The translations under genes and the position numbers were made by a program. Shown here piece by piece: positions 1 through 14,600 of a stretch of 64,000 bases of DNA. The DNA lies in assembly GCA_964016885.1 (NCBI GenBank), contig OZ024760.1:33542001-33606000 (forward strand), read 5' to 3'. Positions within the stretch are counted from its first letter, which is position 1, and each line of letters starts with the position of its first letter. The DNA comes from Eledone cirrhosa. Lineage: Eukaryota. The notes under the pieces were generated by a model, which was not told the DNA's origin, made no database searches, and saw only the letters and a program-made list of their open reading frames with translations.

Positions 1-44
1 TGTGTGTGTATATACACACACACAAACAAGAAAACCATACATAT

Positions 45-199
45 AACTATATATATATATATATCATCATTTTATGATGATATATATATATATATATATA
101 TGATATATATATATATGTAGTGGAACATACATATATACACACATACATGCATACATACACACATACACATACATGCATACATACACATACATGCATACA

Positions 200-240
<41 letters not shown>

Positions 241-315
241 GTATATATATATATACATACATATATATATACATACATATATATATACATACATATAATA
301 ATGATAATAATAATG
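45..315. repeat. Compound (TA)n/(CATA)n microsatellite
   Basis: Direct inspection; similar tracts recur at ~2390-2495, 2775-2840, 18080-18290 and 26060-26720. Confidence 0.9.
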
Positions 316-329
316 AAATTATTGTGTAA

Positions 330-872
330 AGTGCTCAGGTGCACTACAACTCGTCAATATAGTACATAGAATAATACACAAATGTCAGGGAAATACATGT
401 GTGTATGTGTTAGCTGTAGTGTTGGCGGATCTCGGGAAACATGGAGGCCTTAAAGGATGCAGTGTCTCGACAGCTAACAACTGATGCAGGTAGTTTGTTC
501 CATGCTTCAGCAACTCTGAGCGTGAAAAAATGTTTCCGAAAGTTATGGGAACTGTGCTGTTTTCTTACTTTGTGGGCATGACCACGTGTGATAGACACAT
601 GGAAATCAAAAAGGTACACAGGGTTGTTGTTGGCAACATGGTTAACAATTTTGTGGGTGTTTACCAAGTCAGTTGCCAGGCGTCGGAGCATCAATGAATC
701 CATGCCCAGGGAAGCAAGGTGCTCAGAGTATGGCAGATGCCTGATGGAGGGTATTCGCTTGGTTGCACGTCTCTGAACAGTTTCCAGGCGGTCAATGTCC
801 TGAGCAAGATAGGGGTTCCAGACTGGTGATGCAAATTCTAAGTGTGGTCGCACCATAGCTGTATACAGCCTT
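330..872 (-). mobile_element. CR1-clade LINE, 5'-truncated 3' fragment
   Basis: ORF 856-410 VRPHLEFASPVWNPY...VQRRATK...TRGH...FFTLRVAEAWNKLP is the typical CR1 ORF2 C-terminus. Confidence 0.85.
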
Positions 873-888
873 AAATATATACATGTAT

Positions 889-919
<31 letters not shown>

Positions 920-1459
920 TATCCCAAATTAAGATAAATCAAATGAATTTAATCCAAATCAAAATTATGGGTGTCATGCCAGAAAGACATGCGCCATATC
1001 ATCCGCAAAATAAGCTCTAAGATTCTAACGAGTAGGTCCAAGCATTTTATAATAACTAGAAATTGATTAACATAAATAAACATGAATAATCACAGGAGAT
1101 AATTTTTACAAGTGTGTAACCACACAAGCTAGGTAGGTAACTACATAAAGTTGACTAGAACTTCAAAAATAGATACCTTATAATATGATTAATCTTCCCT
1201 GTATATATTCCATTAAAGAAATATATTTCACCAATTAATCGGATGGTAAACCACGGAAGTGGATACTTGGATTTTCAACAAGGAAGAAGTTCCAGCAATG
1301 ATATAAGGTTACACACTTGTAAAATGTTAATCAATTTCTAGTTATTATATATATATATATATACATACATATATACTTATATATATAGATACATACATAC
1401 ACGCACATATATATACATACATATAATGTACTGTCAAGAGGAGACCACACAGAGATCAT

Positions 1460-1635
1460 CCAGCAATTACCCCAGTGCATTACTGGTACTTTATTTTATC
1501 GACCCTGTAAGGATGAAAGGCAAAGTTAACCTTGGCCGAATTTGAAGTCAGAACGTAAAGGGCCATAACTCTATGCTTCCAAAATGGTTTCTGATGCTCT
1601 ACCGAGATTTCTAGTTTAGGCACAAGGCCAGCAAT
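1460..1635 (-). mobile_element. tRNA-derived SINE family A, truncated copy
   Basis: Shares actggtactttattttatcgaccc..aaggatgaaaggcaaagtt core with copies at 7920, 8904, 10331 and 10792. Confidence 0.8.
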
Positions 1636-1726
1636 CACTGTCATGGCTGCTTCACAGTACATTCTCTTATTTCACGTATCTTCTCTACTTTTCTTCTCAA
1701 AGACAAGAATGTTTGTTGTGTTTTAC

Positions 1727-1888
1727 CTGAACAGTCCTTGTCTGACTGGGAACCTTGAGCCAATGTTGTGCTACCTTGAGGACAGCTTTTACAGGTCGTC
1801 TGCTTTACTTCATCTTGATAGAAACCCAAAGGACAGAGCTTACATGCTTTTGTCGCTACATCATAGAACATCCCGGTACTGCAAGGAA
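1727..1888 (-). CDS. Exon: GCC2/GCC3 (ephrin-receptor-like) Cys repeat
   Basis: tcacag|[54 protein letters not shown]|gtaaaa; CPxGxYQ...CxxCP...T...G....C motif; phase 1 to 1. Confidence 0.93.
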
Positions 1889-1927
1889 CTGTGAAAAAAA
1901 TACAAATATATATAGATATACAGATAT

Positions 1928-1977
<50 letters not shown>

Positions 1978-2401
1978 GTATGGTTCGTTGATTACTCAAC
2001 GAATACAATTTTACAATTGTGAAATTATATACATATATATCATCATTCATCATTTCATTTTACGTCCACTTTTCCCTGCTTGCAAGGGTGGGACGGGAAC
2101 TGATGCTGGCTTGATTTCTACAGCTGGATGCCCTTCCTAACACCAACCTCATTTACAGCGAGTGCTGGGTGCTTTTTTGCCGTGGCACCTCCACGACCAC
2201 TTTGCAGTGGAATGATATGGACCCCAGTCCCTATCATCTCATTTCTACAGCTGAGTAAACTGGAGCAATGTGAAATAAAGTGTCTTGCTCAAGGAAACAA
2301 CACATCACCCGGTCTGAGAATTGAACTCACAACCTTTCGATTACAAGGCCAAGGCCAATGCTCTAACCACTAAGCCATGTGCCTCCATGTATATGTATAT
2401 G

Positions 2402-2481
<80 letters not shown>

Positions 2482-2805
2482 TGTATGTATGTATGTCTCT
2501 TTCTCTTAATTTCGAGTATATTTTTTTGACCGGCCACCTTCCTGGTGGCAAGGTTGTAAAAGAAAAGAAATTGTCATCCCTTGAATCGCAAGAATGTTTT
2601 GCAAATTTTGAAGGTGCCAGCTATCGCAGCCATTTGTAGACTATGAATTAGGGAGCTGCGCTTTTTGTCCGCAAATCCAAGTTCAGTCATAATTTGGTCC
2701 AAGCAGGTTGGTATATAACCCGTAGCTCCAATAATGATGGGTATGAAGCTAACGGTGTATCTTGGATACTGCATTTGTATGTATGTATGTATGTATGTAT
2801 GTATG

Positions 2806-2840
<35 letters not shown>

Positions 2841-4530
2841 AGTAAGTATGTTTTGAAACAGAGAGCGAGTTTGAAATTAGAAAATATATAGCTTTCACCG
2901 TATTTTTGACTAAAGGAATTTTAGCTTGATAACGGGGTTTAGAACCCTCAGATAAATGGAAAAAGATGAGTATTGACGTACATGTGTGTTCGACTCCCAT
3001 GTACGTCAATACTCATCTTTTTCCATTTATCTGAGGGTTCTAAACCTCGTTATCAAGCTAAAATTCCTTTAGTCAAATATATACATATATATATAGGAAC
3101 GAGTAGGACCCCGACGGCTCAGCTCAAGCCGTTTCGATGTCTAATTCTGGACGGAATTAGCCGTCGAAACAGCTTGAGCTCAGCTGTCGGGGTCCTACTC
3201 GTTCCTATTACCCACTCTACTACCCTAAGTATTGAGTACTTTGGTGCGTTATGGTCCACCTGGTTCCTTACCACACTTCCTTCGTTATATATATATATAT
3301 ATATATATATGGGAAGATCAACCACTAGTCACATCCTGATGCTGAGGAGGATATTAGAGGGAGCTAGAGCTAAGTGCCTTCCTGCGGTCATGGTTTTCGT
3401 TGACTTTAGGAAGGTCTTTGATTCTGTGGACCGTTACTGCCTGATGAAGATCTTACAGGCTTATGGAATCCCCAAGAAGATAGTGGACCTGATATCACTG
3501 CTCTACACCAACACCAAAGTCATTACACCTGATGGGATGACAGAGTTCTTTGAGATACTGGCTGGAGTGCTCCAGGGAGATACATTGGCTCCCTAGTTTT
3601 TTATCCCCGTAGTGGACTATTGTATGCGCCTTGCACTGGAGAAACACCAGGACTCTGGCTTTACTGTAGCACCGGCTCAGAGCAGGAGAGTTAAGGCGAA
3701 AAAGATATCGGATGCTGAATTTGCCGACGACATAGTTTTGGTGACAAATACAGTGAAGGAGGCAGAGGATTTGATGCGGGAGGTTGAGACTGTGTCGATG
3801 AGTGTGGGACTGAGAATGAATGAGACTAAAACAAAATGTGTGGTGGAGAATCTTGAGAAGCCAGAGGGTATTACTAATGTAGGCGGGAAGCCGCTGGAAT
3901 TAGTTGAGGACTTCCAGTATTTTGGAGCAAAGATTGGGAATACGGAAGATGATGTGGTTGAGAGGAAGAACAAAGCCTGGGCGGCGTGCCACAGTTTGAG
4001 ATCGGTGTGGAAGTCTCTTCATTGCTGTACGTGTCTGAGAATTGGACAATGGTGAAGAAACTCACTCAGATGGTGGATGGGTGCTATACGAGAATGCTGA
4101 GGATGGCTCTGAATATTAATCAGTATACACTCAGAGCTGTATGGGAGCATCCCAAAAGTCAGTTCAAAAGTGACACAGAGGAGATTGAGGTTAGCTGGAC
4201 ATGCTCACCGACATCCAGAGTTGACACTGCACTCAGTGCTCCTGTGGGTGTCCCTACATGGACACATTGGAAGAGGAAGACCAAGGTTAACGTATGTTGA
4301 TGCCCTAAGGACAGACACTGGTCTGTTGGAGACGCAGGACATGGCAGCGATAATGAGGGACAGAGACCGCTGGCGAGAACTCGTCCATGGATCTCGGGAA
4401 TTTTACCCGCCCTAGATATATATATATACATATAAGCAAATGGGATATTTAATTTGTTTGTAATTCAACAAATATATATATTTATAACTGATTCGAAGCA
4501 CTTGACAGGTTTTCTGGAGTATAATATCAT

Positions 4531-4572
<42 letters not shown>

Positions 4573-6238
4573 GGTGTGGACGATATTTGTTCGCAAATTT
4601 CAACTGCTAATTTAATGCAAATTTTTTTTACTTCCGTTGTCACTCTTGTCTTCATAAAAACAGCGACTATATTTCCATTATTTATTTTCAGAATAATTGA
4701 TTATGAATAATTTTGAACCTCCAAATTTGTGGAAGAGACACAGAGTTCTTCTTGGAATCCGCACCGGGAGGACAAATAAGGAAATTTCAGACTTTCTCAG
4801 CATCAGCAGGAGAATGGTGGAAAAGGTCAGAAAAGAATTGGAAGATTCAGGATTCGACTACGAAGCAATATCAGAGAGGAAAAGACATGATCAACAATCT
4901 GACACCTTCAGGACGCCCGAGTTCATCGCTTAAGTTCAGGATATCATCAACAATGAACCTAGCAAGTCGATGCGTACCATTGCAAGGGAGAAAGGCGTGG
5001 ATGAAAAGCTACGTTTCATTCAAGATGAGGAAAGGACAATTTCTGTCAAAGGCGATGCAAGAAAAGCGACTGAAGCACGCAAAGAAACACCCAACAAGTT
5101 GAAACACCCACTGGAGCCAGACATGCTGTGGTTTTTCTCCGAGAAAAACTTCTGCCAAGACCAGAAGATCAACTCCCAGAACAACAGGTGGCTCGCTGTC
5201 TCATCCAAAGACATGCGCAGAGTCATGCAGACAAAGTTTCCAGTGACAACATTGGTCTTAGGTCTCGTCAGCAGTCATGGTGACGTCATGAAGACAAACT
5301 GACACATGTTTGATAAATATATCTTAAAAAATAAAACTACTGTGTTATTTTTTCATAGACACTAATCTTGCGAACAAATATCGAGAGAGAGAGAGCAATA
5401 CTTACTACATGAATGTCCAACAAGTTCAGAGGCTTCGTTACAGAAGACATTTATGTCAGTGTCATCAATGGTGATGGTTACCTGATGGAAAAGAGAGACA
5501 GGAGGAGATGTGATATATTTATATTAATATATATATATATATACATGAATCATTTGGGACCCCAACAGCTGAGCTCCAGCCGTTTCAACAGCTAGATCTG
5601 AGCAGTTCTAGCTGTTGAAACGCCAGTAGCTCAGCTGTTGGGGTCCTGAAATTTTTCCTATTACCCACTCTAGTAGCCCAAGTGTCGAGTACTCTGGTGG
5701 GTTATGGTCTAACTGGTTTTTACTACATTTATTCTGATCTATATATATATATACAGGGGTCACCCAACTAAATATTAATGGACTCTATGCCAGTGATCAC
5801 CTAATCATCGACCCCACCGAAATATGTATAATAGCTGAATAAACTTATACACAACTTTGTATGGTCTTCACTAATTTTTACCGTACTGTATGGGTTTGAA
5901 TATATATATATATATATATATTGAGTATATGTTGGTTGTTTACCGACACCTCAGTATGCAGATTGGAGCACTCGATAAAGTACGCAGGTTGGTTTGTTTA
6001 CTCAGGAGTAATGTAAAATAATTAAGTCAAATATGTAAAATTTGGCTTCGTTTATTATAAATTATAGATATACTGCTATATATATTTCGGTGACAGCCAT
6101 CATTCGCTGTGACCTCTTCAGGCAGTCCGAATTGGTGTGGTAGAGACAGGTAGACATGTTGTTGAAGTGTGTTTTACTCCGTCAATCCCTCGATATGTCC
6201 AGCTCCTGGTAGTGTTGTTATTTCTCTTAGGAACTGGA

Positions 6239-6289
<51 letters not shown>

Positions 6290-6936
6290 CGTTTCTGAAT
6301 TTGTTTAGCAAGATTCTTTATCTGAAATCGTGTTTTGAAACCGATATTGTTATACTTTGGGAGGGTCATGTTGCCAATAAGAAACACACGCACCAGTTGC
6401 TTTCACTTCAATTTATTATATATTTATAAATTTATAAATTTCTGGTTGGTTGGTTGGTTCCACAACCAGATAGTTGTTTATATATAGTCATAGTTCTTTC
6501 GTCACACACTCTGTGACCTCTTCAGTGACTGGGGATTCCTTTCTTTGTTTCTGTGCCTCTCCTTTGTTCTGAGAAACAAAATGGCGTAGGACAGAACAAA
6601 GGAGAGGCACAGAAACAAAGAAAGGAATCCCCAGTCACTGAAGAGGTCACAGAGTATGTGACGAAAGAACTATGACTATGCCTCTCCTTTGTTCTGTCCT
6701 ACGCCATTTTGTTTCTCAGAACAAAGGAGAGGCACAGAAACAAAGAAAGGAATCCCCAGTCACTGAAGAGGTCACAGAGTGTGTGACGAAAGAACTATGA
6801 CTATATATAAACAACTATCTGGTTGTGGAACCAACCAACCAACCAGAAATTTATAAATTTATAAATATATAATAAATTGAAGTGAAAGCAACTGGTGCGT
6901 GTGTTTCTTATTGGCAACATGACCCTCCCAAAGTAT

Positions 6937-6976
<40 letters not shown>

Positions 6977-7156
6977 GTGTGCGTGGTTGACAGCTGAGAG
7001 AAAAAAGTACTCAATACCGAAGTAAAATTATGATATTCATTTTAATAAAATGACTATATATACAAAGTGTCCCAAAAATTGTATACACACTTTGATTACC
7101 TGTACAGGCAATATTTATTAGAATGCTGTTGAGGTGTGTATACGTTTTTTTGGGAC

Positions 7157-7195
<39 letters not shown>

Positions 7196-7682
7196 AATTT
7201 AATCATTAAACAATTATGGAACACCAGAATAGTGGAATAACTAAGTAGAGAAGACAGTTGGATGTTGTATGTAAATATATGCAAATATATGTAAATATAA
7301 GTAAATATATGAAATTCATTCTTACATTCTTCATTTTGGCAAAATCTTCCAGAAGCTTTTTAAGGATGTTTTCCGTGGACTCGGTTTTGTTGGAAGGGAC
7401 GTGTGTCAGTGCTGGCCTGGAGAAGTAGAGAACAATAGATGAATATGGAGTTGTGAACCCTCCATTGAGTGACAGACACCTTACACCCCACCACACTACA
7501 CTACACCCCACCATACCCCATGCCACCACACTACACCCCGCCCCAAGGGGTATGATGGGGTGTGGGTGTGGTGGGGGTTTACCATAAAATCTAGTAAAAA
7601 TACACAATAACAAAAACCAATTAACAAATAAAATATATAAAAATAAAATATATATAAATATATAATATATAAAATATATAAA

Positions 7683-7715
<33 letters not shown>

Positions 7716-8527
7716 AATATATATAAAAAATATATAAAATATATATAAATATATATATATAATAAATATATATAATATAATAAATATATATATATAATAA
7801 TTTTCCTGGACTTTTCCGACGGAATTACTTCATTTATATATAAATATATATAAATATATATAAATATATATATAAAATATATAAAATATATAAAATATAT
7901 ATAAATATATATATAGAATAATAATTGTTTCTACTTTTGGCACAAGGCCAGCAATTACCCAGTGCATTACTGGTACTTTATTTTATCGACCCCGTAAGGA
8001 TGAAAGGCAAAGTTAACCTTGGCAGGATTTGAACTCAGAATAGCAAGGGCCGTAACTCTATGCCGGAAAGCATGGTGTCTGACCCTCTACCAATACTGCC
8101 AATCCACCAACCCTTATATAGAATAATAATGATAATTGACTCACTTGGCATTTTTTAAAGTGAGGATCCCACTGACCGTCACTCTGTCACTTTGACATTG
8201 CATGGTAATGTTGATATTTGAACAGTTTTCACTCTGTCCATCACACAGATCTGGCCACTTCAGATCTGTTATTCTTGCCAACAGATCAATGTTCATCTTG
8301 TATTCAGTTAATAAATCTTTATTACATTTTACAGCAGATACTCGGAAATGTATCGTAATGTTTGTCCTTGCCTCGCTTTTGGCTGGAATAAAGATATAAG
8401 GTGATTGTTAAAGTCTCGGATAGTTGGAGAGAGGGGGAGGGGAGAAGTAGGGGGATAGCTTGAGAGAGAGAGAGAGGAGATAGGGAGATAGTTAGAGAGA
8501 GAAAGATAAAGCGAGAGAGAGATAGAG

Positions 8528-8624
<97 letters not shown>

Positions 8625-11600
8625 TGTTTAGAAGATGACAGAACCAAGAAACCCAGAAAGAGTAAAAAAGTAAATTAAATTAAAAAGATTTCTTACGTTC
8701 ACAAGGTGGGAATGAATGTTTCAAGAATGGTTTCTTCCAGTCAAAAGTACCAAGTTTACCACAGACCATCTTATTTTGAGGAAATGTCAGGCTCTTGTTA
8801 CAGGGAGGGTAACAGTTTTGTGTCTCATTGGAACAGTCCAAGGAAGGGGGATAATCACAAAACCCATCTGAAGAAATTATTAGAAATTATTTATATTAAC
8901 AATTAATAATTGTTTCTAGTTTTGGCACAAGGTTAGCAAATTTAAAGGGAAGGGGAAAGGTCGATTAAACCAACCCCAGTGCATTACTGGTACTTCATTT
9001 TATTGACCACACTTAGGTGTGTAAGGTGAAACTAGCCATGGTGGAATTTAAACTCAGAACGTAATAAAAGGCAATAACTTTGTCACAAAGCATATTGTCA
9101 GATGCTCTACCGATACTGCCAATCAACCATCCTTTTGTAGAATTAAAAATAGCACCTTGCTATTTCTGATAAAGTAGTGAAGGTGGTGCCCCAGCATGGT
9201 CTCAGCTGGATGGCTGGAACAGGTAAAAGAGTAGATGAGATATATTTTCAGGGAAAGCTACTCATGGTAGAAAATGGTTGGTTGGCATAGTTGTTAGAAC
9301 GTCAGATAAAATGGTTGGCAGTATTTGTTCTGGCTCACTGATGCCAATGTTGCATTTAATCCTTTTGAGGTCAACCCCCCCCCCCCTCCGACACACACAC
9401 ACACACAAAAAATGACCAGTCCAGTACTGACACAGGATGTGACAAGGCTGGCACTTTGATCTACAGGTACTACTGCAGGTAGAACTGCAGGTACAACTTA
9501 TATTTGTCAGCTGAGTTCCCTTGGAGCAACATCAAAAATAAAATGTTTTAACACACCAGAAGGAATTGAGCTGACAACTTTCTGATCGCAAGCCAAACAC
9601 CCTAACCATTGAGCCATGTACCTCCAAACATATCTTAACAGGGACAAGAAAAAGAATAAGGAAAAGAATAATAAAAGGTGACAACTCACATTGGACATAG
9701 AGTGTTGAACGACAGGTATCATAGTTGCCTTGTTTGTCTTTAAGTACGTAGATGATGGGATAAACACCCCACATGTAGGTAGCATCTAGAAATGAAAAAC
9801 AATTGTAGTTGAGCCAAAGTTAACAAATGTCTTATTTATAACAGCTCAAGTCCTTTATTTGTACTATAGTTGAGCCAAGGTCAACAAACCAAATCTTATT
9901 TATAACAGCTCAAGTCTTCTTTGTAATATAGTTGAGCCAAGGTCAACAAACTACATCTTTAGGGAGAAAAAAAGAGAGGGAGAGAGAGTGAGAGAGGGGG
10001 GGGGGAGAGAAATGTTTTTGTTGTTAAAAGTGTATTAATGAGGAAGTGTAGTGAAGGGTGACTGAATCCCTCCTCCCCCAACACTGGGTTAAATTGCTGA
10101 GCTGCCCCCCTCCCCACCTAATACATCAGAGACATCAATAAAAAGTATTGACAGGTGATTATAATTAGATTCTTACCTTCGTTAAGAGAAGAGGTTATTT
10201 GTCCGACTCCAGTTGGTTTGGGCAGAGGTATACCATCCACTAAACGGTCTTTGCTGATGAAAAAGATGTCCTTCTTTGAGCAGTATCTGAATTTAGGCTT
10301 TGTTTTATCTGCGGAATAACAACATCAAAAATAATAATAATTGTTTCTACTTTTGGCACAAGGCCAGCAATTACCCCAGTGCATTACTGGTACTTTATTT
10401 TATCGACCCCATAAGGATGAAAGGCAAAGTTAACCTAGGCGGGATTTGAACTCAGAATGGCAAGGGCCGTAACTCTATGCATCAAAGCATGACGTCCAAC
10501 CCTCTGCCGATACTGCCAATAATAATAATGGTTTCTGATTTAGGCAGAAGGAATTATAATAAATAAATCTCTACCTGGTATTATAATATAATATATCTCT
10601 ACCTGGTATTACAATATATTATATCTCTACCTGGTATTATAATATATGATATCTCTACCTGGTATTATAATATATTATATCCCTACCTGGTATTACAATA
10701 TATTATATCCCTACCTGGTATTATAATATATTATATCCCTACCTGGTATTATAATATATTATATCTCTACCTGGTATTATAATATATTATAAGGGCGGTG
10801 GATTGGCAGTATCGGTAGAGGTTCGGACGCCATGCTTTCCAGCATAGTTACGTCCCTTTATGATCTGAGTTCAAATCCCGCCGAGGTTGACTTTGCCTTT
10901 CATCCTTACGGGGTCGATAAAATAAAGTACCAGTAATGCACTGGATAATTGCTGGCCTTGTGCCTAAAGTAGAAACAATTATAATATATTATATCTCTAC
11001 CTGGTATTACAATATATTATATCCCTACCTGGTATTACAATATATTATATCTCTACCTGGTATTATAATATATTATATCCCTACCTGGTATTATAATATA
11101 TGATATCTCTACCTGGTATTATAATATATTATATCCCTACCTGGTATTACAATATATTATATCCCTACCTGGTATTACAATATATTATATCACTACCTAG
11201 TATTACAATATATTATATCTCTACCTGGTATTACAATATATTATATCTCTACCTGGTATTATAATATATTATATCTCTACCTGGTATTATAATATATTAT
11301 ATCTCTACCTGGTATTATAATATATTATATCTCTACCTGGTATTACAATATATTATATCTCTACCTGGTATTATAATATATTATATCCCTACCTGGTATT
11401 ATAATATATGATATCTCTACCTGGTATTATAATATATTATATCCCTACCTGGTATTACAATATATTATATCCCTACCTGGTATTACAATATATTATATCA
11501 CTACCTAGTATTACAATATATTATATCTCTACCTGGTATTACAATATATTATATCTCTACCTGGTATTATAATATATTATATCTCTACCTGGTATTATAA

Positions 11601-14600
11601 TATATTATATCTCTACCTGGTATTATAATATATTATATCTCTACCTGGTATTACAATATATTATATCTCTACCTGGTATTACAATATAATATATCTCTAC
11701 CTGGTATTATAATATATTATATCCCTACCTGGTATTACAATATATTATATCCCTACCTGGTATTACAATATATTATATCTCTACCTGGTATTACAATATA
11801 TTATATCTCTACCTGGTATTATAATATATTATATCACTACCTAGTATTACAATATATTATATCCCTACCTGGTATTACAATATATTATATCTCTACCTGG
11901 TATTACAATATATTATATCCCTACCTGGTATTACAATATATTATATCCCTACCTGGTATTATAATATATTATATCCCTACCTGGTATTACAATATATTAT
12001 ATCTCTACCTGGTATTACAATATATTATATCTCTACCTGGTATTACAATATAATATATCTCTACCTGGTATTATAATATATTATATCTCTACCTGGTATT
12101 ACAATATATTATATCTCTACCTGGTATTACAATAGATTATATCCCTACCTGGTATTACAATATATTATATCCCTACCTGGTATTATAATATATTATATCT
12201 CTACCTGGTATTACAATATATTATATCTCTACCTGGTATTACAATATATTATATCTCTACCTGGTATTACAATATATTATATCTCTACCTGGTATTATAA
12301 TATATTATATCTCTACCTGGTATTATAATATATTATATCTCTACCTGGAATTATAATATAATATATCCCTACCTGGATATTACAATATATTATATCTCTA
12401 CCTGGTATTACAATATATTATATCTCTACCTGGTATTACAATATATTATATCTCTACCTGGTATTATAATATATTATATCTCTACCAGGTATTACAATAT
12501 ATTATATCTCTACCTGGTATTATAATATATTATATCTCTACCTGGTATTATAATATAATATATCTCTACCTGGTATTACAATATATTATATCTCTACCTG
12601 GTATTACAATATATTATATCCCTACCTGGTATTACAATATATTATATCTCTACCTGGTATTATAATATATTATATCTCTACCTGGTATTACAATATATTA
12701 TATCCCTACCTGGTATTACAATATATTATAGCCCTACCTGGTATTATAATATATTATATCTCTACCTGGTATTACAATATATTATATCTCTACCTGGTAT
12801 TACAATATATTATATCTCTACCTGGTATTACAATATATTATATCTCTACCTGGTATTACAATATATTATATCTCTACCTGGTATTACAATATATTATATC
12901 TCTACCTGGTATTACAATATATTATATCCCTACCTGGAATTATAATATATTATATCTCTACCTGGTATTATAATATATTATATCTCTACCAGGTATTACA
13001 ATATATTATATCTCTACCTGGTATTACAATATATTATATCTCTACCTGGTATTATAATATATTATATCCCTACCTGGTATTATAATATATTATATCTCTA
13101 CCTGGTATTATAATATATTATATCCCTACCTGGTATTATAATATATTATATCCCTACCTGGTATTACAATATATTATATCTCTACCTGGTATTATAATAT
13201 ATTATATCCCTACCTGGTATTATAATATATTATATCTCTACCTGGTATTACAATATATTATATCCCTACCTGGTATTACAATATATTATATCTCTACCTG
13301 GTATTACAATATATTATATCCCTACCTGGTATTACAATATATTATATCTCTACCTGGTATTATAATATATTATATCTCTACCAGGTATTACAATATATTA
13401 TATCTCTACCTGGTATTACAATATATTATATCTCTACCTTGTATTATAATATATTATATCCCTACCTGGTATTATAATATATTATATCTCTACCTGGTAT
13501 TACAATATATTATATCTCTACCTGGTATTATAATATAATATATCCCTACCTGGTATTATAATATATTATATCTCTACCAGGTATTACAATATATTATATC
13601 TCTACCTGGTATTATAATATATTATATCCCTACCAGGTATTTCAATATATTATATCTCTACCTGGTATTATAATATATTATATCTCTACCTGGAATTATA
13701 ATATAATATATCTCTACCTGGTATTATAATATATTATATCCCTACCTGGTATTATAATATATTATATCTCTACCTGGTATTACAATATATTATATCTCTA
13801 CCTGGTATTACAATATATTATATCCCTACCTGGTATTACAATATATTATATCCCTACCTGGTATTATAATATATTATATCTCTACCTGGTATTATAATAT
13901 ATTATATCTCTACCTGGTATTACAATATATTATATCCTTACCTGGTATTATAATATATTATATCCCTACCTGGTATTATAATATATTATATCCCTACCTG
14001 GATATTACAATATATTATATCTCTACCTGGTATTACAATATATTATATCTCTACCTGGTATTACAATATATTATATCCCTACCTGGTATTATAATATATT
14101 ATATCTCTACCTGGTATTATAATATATTATATCTCTACCTGGTATTACAATATATTATATCCCTACCTGGTATTATAATATATTATATCCCTACCTGGAA
14201 TTATAATATATTATGTCTCTACCTGGTATTATAATATATTATATCTCTACCTGGTATTACAATATATTATATCTCTACCTGGTATTATAATATATTATAT
14301 CTCTACCTGGTATTACAATATATTATATCTCTACCTGGTATTACAATATATTATATCCCTACCTGGTATTATAATATAATATATCCCTACCTGGATATTA
14401 CAATATATTATATCCCTACCTGGTATTACAATATATTATATCTCTACCTGGTATTATAATATATTATATCCCTACCTGGTATTACAATATATTATATCCC
14501 TACCTGGTATTATAATATATTATATCACTACCTAGTATTACAATATATTATATCCCTACCTGGTATTACAATATATTATATCTCTACCTGGTATTACAAT

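Larger units (their letters stand above)
6344..6944. mobile_element. Fold-back element with ~266-bp inverted arms carrying three hammerhead-like motifs (Penelope-like pLTR structure)
   Basis: Arm 6344-6609 is the reverse complement of 6679-6944; the centre repeats part of the right arm. Confidence 0.75.

Noticed and set aside
47-344. YI/CV/HT-rich ORFs (also ~2321-2551, 18077-18391, 19755-19985, 26361-26702)
   Set aside because: Translations of (TA)n/(CA)n/(TATG)n microsatellites.
2300-2387. tRNA genes at A/B-box motifs (also ~8030, ~10870, ~24800, ~25650)
   Set aside because: No full cloverleaf; they are heads of multi-copy SINEs.
8202-8906. Plus-strand ORFs overlapping exons (8202-8399, 8706-8906; also 5413-5595, 19446-19700, 20404-20586)
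   Set aside because: Antisense shadows of minus-strand exons with no recognisable motifs.
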